Part shown: piece after piece, positions 27,072 through 33,512 of the stretch
Numbering within the stretch: the stretch's first letter is position 1
Layout: each line of letters starts with the position of its first letter
Assembly (NCBI GenBank): GCA_964343885.1
Contig: CAYFLC010000003.1
Coordinates: 1-33,512 of the forward strand
DNA: 33,512 nt
From: an uncultured Bifidobacterium sp.
Lineage (GTDB): Bacteria > Actinomycetota > Acidimicrobiia > Acidimicrobiales > Ilumatobacteraceae
Reading direction: 5' to 3'
The notes under the pieces: model-generated
What the model saw: the letters and a program-made list of their open reading frames with translations, nothing else
Told to the model about the DNA's origin: nothing
Databases searched by the model: none
Position numbers and translations under genes: made by a program

Positions 27072-28220
27072 TTAGCCGAAGATCTTTTTCGACACGACCA
27101 TGCGCTGGATCTGGTTCGTGCCCTCGTAGATCTGTGTGATCTTCGCGTCGCGCATCATGCGCTCGACAGGGAAATCGTTGGTGTAGCCGTAGCCGCCCAA
27201 GAGCTGTACGCAGTCGGTGGTGACCTTCATCGCCACGTCCGACGCGAACCACTTCGCCATGGCACCGAGGGTCGAAAGATCGCCGTGCTGGTCGCCTGCG
27301 TCGACAGCGGCACACGCGCGGTACACCATCGTGCGTGCTGCCTCGACCTGCATTTGCGCTTCGGCAACCATCCATTGCAAGCCTTGACGCGTCGACAATG
27401 CGGCGCCAAAGGTTTTGCGTTCCTTCATGTAGTTGACGGCGAAGTCGATCGCACCCTGGGCGATCCCCACGGCCTGCGCACCGATCGTTGGCCGGCTGCG
27501 GTCGAGGGTGTGCATTGCGATGGTGAAGCCTTGACCCACCTCGCCGATTCGGTTTGCATCGGGAACGCGCATGTCATCGAAGCGGATGACGCCGGTGGGC
27601 GAGCCCTTGATTCCGAGCTTGTGTTCGAGCTTGTCGACATGCACACCCCAATCGGCTTCGACGAGAAAAGCGGTGAGGCCCTTGTGGCGGTCGTCGCTTG
27701 TGCGTGCGAACACGGTGTAGAGATCGCTGATACTTGCGTTGGTGATCCAGATCTTCGAGCCGTTGATGATCCAGTCGTTGCCGTCGCGGATTGCGTGCGT
27801 TGTCATTGACGCAACGTCGCTTCCGGCGTCGGCTTCCGACAAGCCATAGCTGCACTGCGACTCGCCGCTGCAGATGCGGGGCAAGTACTTCGACTTCAAC
27901 TCATGGCTACCGAAGTTGATGACGGGAAGCATGCCGAGTTTCGAAATGAGGAACATGAGGCTGGTACTTGCACACACACGCGCGAGTTCTTCGGCGACGA
28001 CCGCCTGTGTGACGAGGGGAGCACCACTGCCCCCGTACTCGGCGGGATACGACAGGGCCGTGAGTTCCATTTGCTGCAGTGCCTTGAACGAATCCCACGA
28101 GTATTCGCCCGTGCGGTCGGTTTCGGCGGCGAGTGGTGCGATCTTTTCTTCCGCGAAACGGCGGATCACGTCGCGGAACGCGAGTTGTTCTTCGTCGAGC
28201 GAAAACTGCTGGTCAGCCAT
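27072..28220 (-). CDS. Mirror copy: acyl-CoA dehydrogenase (382 aa)
   Basis: Exact reverse complement of 5293..6441. Confidence 0.92.
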   Translation of the reverse strand: MADQQFSLDEEQLAFRDVIRRFAEEKIAPLAAETDRTGEYSWDSFKALQQMELTALSYPAEYGGSGAPLVTQAVVAEELARVCASTSLMFLISKLGMLPVINFGSHELKSKYLPRICSGESQCSYGLSEADAGSDVASMTTHAIRDGNDWIINGSKIWITNASISDLYTVFARTSDDRHKGLTAFLVEADWGVHVDKLEHKLGIKGSPTGVIRFDDMRVPDANRIGEVGQGFTIAMHTLDRSRPTIGAQAVGIAQGAIDFAVNYMKERKTFGAALSTRQGLQWMVAEAQMQVEAARTMVYRACAAVDAGDQHGDLSTLGAMAKWFASDVAMKVTTDCVQLLGGYGYTNDFPVERMMRDAKITQIYEGTNQIQRMVVSKKIFG

Positions 28221-28247
28221 GGCTCGTTCCTTCTTTCTCGTCTTTTC

Positions 28248-29120
28248 TTATTTCTTCGTGTAGTCGTAAAAACCGCGCCCTGCCTTGCGGCCGAGCAAAC
28301 CTGCATCGACCATGCGCGACAAGAGCGGCGGTGCCGCGTACAGCGGTTCTTTGAATTCCATGTAGAGACTTTCGGCGATCGCGACGATGGTGTCGAGGCC
28401 GATGAGGTCGGCGAGGCGCAGCGGGCCCATCGGGTGCGCGCAACCTTCGACCATGCCGAGGTCGATGTCTTCCGCCGATGCGTAACCCGATTCCATCATG
28501 CGCACCGCGGAGAGGATGTAGGGCACGAGCAACGCATTGACGATGAAGCCCGCACGGTCGTTCGAGCGGATGACGCGCTTGCGCAGTGTCGTCTCGGCGA
28601 AGTCGACGGCGCGCGAGATGGTCTCTTGCGAGGTCAAGAGCGACGGTACGAGTTCGACCAGACGCAACACAGGAACGGGGTTGAAGAAGTGAATACCCAC
28701 GACTTGCGAGGGTCGCTTCGTCGCCATGCCGAGCTTCATCACGGGGATCGACGAAGTATTCGTTGCGAGAATCGCGTTGTCGTCGTTGAGGTACTTGTCG
28801 AGTTGCGCGAAGACATCGGTCTTCATCGCTTCGTCCTCGACGATTGCTTCGACGACGAGTTGGCGGTCGGCGAAGTCGGCCATGTCGGTGGTGAAGCTCA
28901 GCCGCGCCAGGGCCGAGTCGCGCTCGTCTTCGGTGATCTTGTTCGCGCCGAGCGCACGGTCGAGCGACGAGATCAGGCGTTTCTGGCCGGCTTCCATCGC
29001 GGCCGGGTTTGCCTCGCGCACCATCACGTCGAGGCCGGCCTTTGCGCACACCTCGGCGATGCCGGATCCCATCAAGCCGCATCCAACGACGCCGACACGG
29101 GATACCTGGGTTGCTGCCAT
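28248..29120 (-). CDS. Mirror copy: 3-hydroxyacyl-CoA dehydrogenase
   Basis: Exact reverse complement of 4393..5265. Confidence 0.9.
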   Translation of the reverse strand: MAATQVSRVGVVGCGLMGSGIAEVCAKAGLDVMVREANPAAMEAGQKRLISSLDRALGANKITEDERDSALARLSFTTDMADFADRQLVVEAIVEDEAMKTDVFAQLDKYLNDDNAILATNTSSIPVMKLGMATKRPSQVVGIHFFNPVPVLRLVELVPSLLTSQETISRAVDFAETTLRKRVIRSNDRAGFIVNALLVPYILSAVRMMESGYASAEDIDLGMVEGCAHPMGPLRLADLIGLDTIVAIAESLYMEFKEPLYAAPPLLSRMVDAGLLGRKAGRGFYDYTKK

Positions 29121-29230
29121 TTGTTCTGCCTTTGCTGTTGTATTACGGATCCATCTTGCCTTTCCTACCGCTCGGTAACCGATGGTCGGCGCGTTCTCAG
29201 GCCGTGAAACCCGTCGCCTACCCTCGGGGT

Positions 29231-30487
29231 ATGGACTTTGCGATCCCGAATGAAATTCAGGCAACGCTCGACGCGCTCGATGCATTCATCGATGCGGAAA
29301 TCACGCCGCTGCAGAATCAAGACGACAACATGCGGTTCTTCGATCACCGGCGTGAGTGGGCGCGCACAGACTTCGAGAACGACGGTGTGCCGCGGGCCGA
29401 CTGGGAGGCGTTGTTGCGCGAAATGCGCCGTCGTGCCGACGCCGCGGGTTGGTTGCGTCTGGCGTTGCCCAAGGAGTTCGGCGGCCGCGATGCGAGCAAC
29501 CTCGAAATGGCCATCATTCGCGAACACCTCGCCACGAAGGGTCTCGGTCTTCACAACGACTTGCAGAACGAGTCGAGCATCGTCGGCAACTTTCCCACCG
29601 TGTTGATGATGCGCGACTTCGGTACCGAAGCGCAGAAGGCTGCATGGATGCCCGGATTCCTCGATGGCACGCGCCGTCTTGCGTTCGGGCTCACCGAGCC
29701 GAACCACGGAAGTGACGCGACGTATCTGGAAACAACCGCCTACCGTGACGGCGACGAGTGGGTGCTGAACGGCATGAAGCGTTGGAACAGTGGCCTGCAT
29801 CACGCCACGCACGACATCATCTTCGCCCGCACCAGCGGCAAGCCCGGCGACCCCGTCGGAATCACAGCCTTCCTCGTGCCCACCGATTCGCCCGGTTTCA
29901 ACGTCGATTTTTTCTGGTGGACCTTCAACATGCCCACCGATCATGCGGAAGTGAGCATGAAAGACGTGCGCGTCGGCAGCGATGCGGTGTTCGGCCGTGT
30001 TGACCACGGCCTCGAGTTGGCACAGCACTTCGTCCACGAGAACCGCATTCGCCAAGCCGCGTCGTCGCTCGGTGCCGCGCAGTTCTGCATCAACGAGGCA
30101 GTGAAGTACGCGAACAGTCGCGTCACGTGGGGCAAGAAGCTGTCGAGCAACCAGGGCATCCAGTTCCCACTCGTGGAGTTGCACACCGAGGCCGCGATGT
30201 TGCGCCAGTTGGTGCGCTACACGGCGTGGTCGCTCGACCAGAAGCACCACATGGAAGTCACACACCTCGTGGCGATGTGCAACTACCGCGGCAATCGCCT
30301 GGCCTGCGAAGCCGCCGACCGTGCGATGCAAACGTGCGGGGGAGTCGGCTACTCGCGACACATGCCCTTTGAGCACATTTACCGACACCACCGCCGCTAC
30401 CGCATCACCGAAGGCAGCGAGGAAATTCAGATGCGCAAGGTCGGCAGCAACCTCTTCGGCTTCGGCGTGCCCGCCGATCGGCGATAG
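29231..30487 (+). CDS. Mirror copy: acyl-CoA dehydrogenase family protein (418 aa)
   Basis: Exact reverse complement of 3026..4282. The ATG is at 29231. Confidence 0.88.
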   Translation: MDFAIPNEIQATLDALDAFIDAEITPLQNQDDNMRFFDHRREWARTDFENDGVPRADWEALLREMRRRADAAGWLRLALPKEFGGRDASNLEMAIIREHLATKGLGLHNDLQNESSIVGNFPTVLMMRDFGTEAQKAAWMPGFLDGTRRLAFGLTEPNHGSDATYLETTAYRDGDEWVLNGMKRWNSGLHHATHDIIFARTSGKPGDPVGITAFLVPTDSPGFNVDFFWWTFNMPTDHAEVSMKDVRVGSDAVFGRVDHGLELAQHFVHENRIRQAASSLGAAQFCINEAVKYANSRVTWGKKLSSNQGIQFPLVELHTEAAMLRQLVRYTAWSLDQKHHMEVTHLVAMCNYRGNRLACEAADRAMQTCGGVGYSRHMPFEHIYRHHRRYRITEGSEEIQMRKVGSNLFGFGVPADRR

Positions 30488-30521
30488 CGTTTTCTCGTCT
30501 GCCGGTTCGACTTCCATCGAG

Positions 30522-30559
30522 TTGACAAGTTTGTTTGGCAGCCCTAACATTGCGTTAGG
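30522..30559 (+). promoter_or_regulatory. Mirror copy: candidate promoter TTGACA-17-TAACAT with overlapping CCTAAC-N5-GTTAGG palindrome
   Basis: TTGACA is at 30522-30527, TAACAT at 30545-30550 and the palindrome at 30543-30559. GGAGG is at 30598-30602 and the TTG start at 30610. Confidence 0.4.
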
Positions 30560-30609
30560 TAGTCCTTACACTTATCCGCACAACTCGTCCTCACCCCGGA
30601 GGTCCCCCG

Positions 30610-31461
30610 TTGGGAGCAAGTTTTCTCATCACATTGCGCGAAGGTCTCGAGATCGCCCTCGTTCTGGCGATCCTCATCGCGTATCTGGTGAAGAGTGGCC
30701 GTCAGGCCGATGTCGCCGCCGTCTGGCGCGGAGCCGGTACCGCCGCCGTCATCTGCTTGATCGGCGGTATCGCGTTCCACGTGTTCGTCGGCGAGTTCAC
30801 GGGCAAGGCCGAACAGTTCATCGAGGGGACGATCGCCATCACGGCGGCCGCGGTTCTGACGTGGATGATCTTCTGGATGCGAAAGAATTCGCGCGGTCTC
30901 GGAGCTGAACTCCGCGCACAGGTCGACCGTGCAGAGACGCACAGAGCGCTTGCGACGATTGCGTTCGTTGCGGTCTTGCGCGAAGGTTTGGAAACGGTGC
31001 TCTTCCTCATTTCGGCTGAAACAGCCTCGGCGAGTGGCTCGAGCGTGGTCATCGGAGGCTTATTCGGCTTGGCTGTCGCAGCAGTCCTCGGTCGACTCGT
31101 TTATGCGGGCGGTAACCGCTTGAATCTTCGGGTTTTTTTCAACGTGACCGGCGTGTTGTTGATCCTCTTCGCAGCTGGTCTGTTCGGCAAGTTCTTCCAC
31201 GAATATCGAGAATTGCTCGGGTTCGAGTCCGGATGGCTCGTTGCGCCGGCGTGGACCGTCACGTCGGGTGCATGGTCCAGCGGAACCTTCTACGACTTCA
31301 TCTCAGGATTCTTCGGATGGCACAACGAGGCCGAGAAAATTCGGGTCATCGCGTACTTTGCCTACCTGATTCCGATCACGTGGGCATTCCTGCGTGGAGA
31401 TCGCGCAACAAAAACGTCGTCGGTCGCGACGAACGAGAAGGTCGCCGTTCCCGCCCAATAG
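30610..31461 (+). CDS. Mirror copy: FTR1/EfeU-family iron permease
   Basis: Exact reverse complement of 2052..2903. Confidence 0.82.
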   Translation: MGASFLITLREGLEIALVLAILIAYLVKSGRQADVAAVWRGAGTAAVICLIGGIAFHVFVGEFTGKAEQFIEGTIAITAAAVLTWMIFWMRKNSRGLGAELRAQVDRAETHRALATIAFVAVLREGLETVLFLISAETASASGSSVVIGGLFGLAVAAVLGRLVYAGGNRLNLRVFFNVTGVLLILFAAGLFGKFFHEYRELLGFESGWLVAPAWTVTSGAWSSGTFYDFISGFFGWHNEAEKIRVIAYFAYLIPITWAFLRGDRATKTSSVATNEKVAVPAQ

Positions 31462-31471
31462 CCTCTCGTCC

Positions 31472-33178
31472 ATGGCAACAACACCGGACGGCACTCCAGT
31501 CGACATCAAGCCGCGCAGTCGCGACGTCACCGACGGCCCGCAGAAGGCGCCGGCGCGCGCGATGCTTCGCGCGGTCGGCCTCGGCGACGACGATTGGCAG
31601 AAGCCGCAGATCGGTATCGCATCGGCATGGAATGAAGTCACGCCCTGCAACATGACCTTGCGGAAGTTGGCCGATCACGCCAAGCGTGGTGTCCGCGATG
31701 CCGGTGGTGTTGCCCTCGAGTTCGGCACCATCACGGTCAGCGACGGAATTTCGATGGGTCACGAAGGAATGCGCGCGTCACTGGTCAGCCGCGAGGTCAT
31801 CACCGACTCGGTCGAAACGGTTGTCCATGCCGAGCGATTCGATGGTTTCGTCGGCCTTGCAGGATGCGACAAGAGCATTCCCGCGATGTTGATGGCGGCC
31901 GCGCGCCTGAATCTTCCGTCGGTGTTCGTCTACAACGGTTCGATCATGCCCGGTCATCACGACGGCAAGGCACTCGATATCACCAGCGTTTTCGAAGCCG
32001 TCGGTGCGCATGCGCTCGGCACGATCGACGATGCCGAACTGAAAGCAATCGAAGAGAAGGCCTGCCCGGGTGAGGGTGCATGCGGCGGAATGTTCACCGC
32101 AAACACCATGTCATCGATCGCCGAAGCATTGGGCATGAGCCTTCCGGGCACCGCCTCGCCGCCGGCAATCGACGGTCGTCGCGACGATGACGCGCGCCGC
32201 GCAGGCGAGGCTGTGGTGAACATGCTGCGCCTTGGCCTTCGTCCGAAAGACATCATGACGAAGAAGGCGTTCGAGAATGCCATCGCCGTCACCAACGCTT
32301 TCGGAGGCAGCACCAATGCCGTGCTGCACTTGCTCGCGATTGCTAATGAAATCGGCGTCGAGCTCAGCCTCGACGACTTCAACCGCATCGCTGCGAAGGT
32401 GCCGCATATCGCCGACACCAAGCCGGGCGGCAAGTACCACATGTCCGACATCGACCGCATCGGCGGCGTTCCCGTTGTGTTGAAGATGCTGCTTGACGCG
32501 GGCTTGTTGCACGGTGACGTCATGACCGTGACCGGCAAGACCATGGCCGAGAATCTCGCCGACATCAACCCGCCCGGGCCCGACGGTGACGTCATCCACC
32601 CGTTGTCCGACCCGATTCACAGCGACGGCGGCATCAACGTGCTCACCGGGTCGCTCGCGCCGAAGGGGTCGGTCGTCAAGGTTGCGGGCCTCACGCACGA
32701 CCAGATGCACTTCGAGGGAAATGCGCGTGTGTTCGACGGAGAAGACGGCGCGATGGCCGAGATCCTTGCCGGCAAGATCAAGCCGGGCGACGTGCTCGTC
32801 ATTCGTTACGAGGGCCCGAAGGGCGGCCCGGGAATGCGCGAGATGCTCGCGATTACCGGTGCGCTGAAGGGTGCAGGGCGCGGCTACGACTGTGCGCTCA
32901 TCACCGATGGTCGATTCAGTGGCGGCACGTGGGGCTTCTGTATCGGACACGTCGCACCCGAGGCGGTCGACGGTGGGCCGATCGCGTTCGTACGCGACGG
33001 CGACCGCATCCTCATCGATGTGCACGAGAAGCGTCTCGACTTGCTGGTCAGCAACGACGAACTGGCCAAGCGCAAGGTCGGCTGGCAGCCGAACCCACCG
33101 CGCTACACGACAGGAGTGCTTGGCAAGTACGCAAAGCTCGTGCAGGGCGCCGAAACCGGGGCGATCACCAACTTCTAA
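31472..33178 (+). CDS. ilvD: Mirror copy: dihydroxy-acid dehydratase
   Basis: Exact reverse complement of 335..2041. The ATG is at 31472. Confidence 0.93.
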   Translation: MATTPDGTPVDIKPRSRDVTDGPQKAPARAMLRAVGLGDDDWQKPQIGIASAWNEVTPCNMTLRKLADHAKRGVRDAGGVALEFGTITVSDGISMGHEGMRASLVSREVITDSVETVVHAERFDGFVGLAGCDKSIPAMLMAAARLNLPSVFVYNGSIMPGHHDGKALDITSVFEAVGAHALGTIDDAELKAIEEKACPGEGACGGMFTANTMSSIAEALGMSLPGTASPPAIDGRRDDDARRAGEAVVNMLRLGLRPKDIMTKKAFENAIAVTNAFGGSTNAVLHLLAIANEIGVELSLDDFNRIAAKVPHIADTKPGGKYHMSDIDRIGGVPVVLKMLLDAGLLHGDVMTVTGKTMAENLADINPPGPDGDVIHPLSDPIHSDGGINVLTGSLAPKGSVVKVAGLTHDQMHFEGNARVFDGEDGAMAEILAGKIKPGDVLVIRYEGPKGGPGMREMLAITGALKGAGRGYDCALITDGRFSGGTWGFCIGHVAPEAVDGGPIAFVRDGDRILIDVHEKRLDLLVSNDELAKRKVGWQPNPPRYTTGVLGKYAKLVQGAETGAITNF

Positions 33179-33191
33179 CTCTTGAGGGTTC

Positions 33192-33232
33192 TCGGTGTGT
33201 AAAAGCTCGGAAAACGAGCACTTACACACCGA
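33192..33232. terminator. Mirror copy of the bidirectional stem-loop
   Basis: Exact reverse complement of 281..321. Confidence 0.6.
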
Positions 33233-33264
33233 AATCCCTTACGACGCAGAGTCGCGCCGAGAAT

Positions 33265-33510
33265 CTACGCCCGTCGCTGTGTGATGTTCTCGCGTACGAC
33301 GCGCCAGCCAATCAGGGTGAGTGCGTTGAAGACGGTTGCAACGATGATGAATGCAACGGCAGTTCCGCGATCCCACATGAAGTTGCGCAGCAACATTCCG
33401 ATCACGACGGTGGCCATCCACACCACGATTCCCGTTTGAACCGCAAACGGATTCTTCCATCCGCTCGCAGCCCACCATCCGCATGCAAGTCCGATGATGA
33501 ACGGTGCAGA
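33265..33510 (-). CDS. Mirror copy: membrane protein C-terminal fragment
   Basis: Exact reverse complement of 3..248. Confidence 0.5.
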   Translation of the reverse strand, partial: SAPFIIGLACGWWAASGWKNPFAVQTGIVVWMATVVIGMLLRNFMWDRGTAVAFIIVATVFNALTLIGWRVVRENITQRRA

Positions 33511-33512
33511 AG

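Larger units (their letters stand above)
16757..33512. repeat. Right arm of the perfect inverted repeat (reverse complement of 1..16756)
   Basis: Same evidence as the left arm. The symmetry axis lies between 16756 and 16757, with no loop or spacer. Confidence 0.97.

Noticed and set aside
1-33512. Reading the two arms as two genuine paralogous gene clusters, or as a composite transposon bounded by giant inverted repeats
   Set aside because: The arms are contiguous with no unique core between them and are 100% identical. They contain only housekeeping-type genes, with no transposase, integrase or recombinase. Nothing sits 'inside' the repeats for them to mobilise.
1-33512. Looked for CRISPR arrays, tRNA/rRNA genes, tandem DNA repeats, prophage or defence-system genes
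   Set aside because: None was recognised. The intergenic space in each arm is under about 600 bp in total. The only repetition, apart from the global palindrome, is at the protein-module level inside the surface protein.

Overview
This window is not 33.5 kb of unique sequence. Bases 1-16756 and 16757-33512 are exact reverse complements: position x pairs with 33513-x, there is no spacer, and I found no mismatch. Every ORF in the supplied track has a twin with an identical protein and mirrored coordinates. The window's first 32 nt are the reverse complement of its last 32 nt, and the centre reads gacgACT|AGTcgtc.

There are therefore about 16.76 kb of unique, high-GC, tightly packed, Actinomycetota-like DNA, with many GTG/TTG starts and ATGA overlaps. 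Each arm carries 15 genes:
- a partial membrane protein
- ilvD
- an FTR1/EfeU-type iron permease
- two acyl-CoA dehydrogenases flanking a 3-hydroxyacyl-CoA dehydrogenase
- a translationally coupled pair of hypothetical genes
- an SDR oxidoreductase
- a 337-aa protein with a MazF/PemK-like C-terminus
- a coupled AhpD/CMD-like plus VOC/glyoxalase-like pair
- a biotinyl-domain/carboxyltransferase fusion
- a lipoprotein S33 tripeptidyl aminopeptidase
- a large Ig-like / SUEL-lectin / beta-propeller surface protein

The fold point cuts the surface protein's 5' end. I recognised no rRNA, tRNA, CRISPR array, transposase, integrase or telomere resolvase.

The dominant signal is the palindrome. Because the junction sits inside a gene and inside a repeated protein module, and the arms are 100% identical, I judge it most likely a foldback chimera (from MDA, a missed hairpin adapter, or assembly). 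A natural structure is less likely, but this is worth testing.

I did not find a convincing novel multi-gene system. The best gene-level leads are the MazF-like fusion, the carboxyltransferase fusion that lacks a biotin carboxylase, and the lectin-propeller surface protein. All product calls rest on motifs read by eye, not on database searches.
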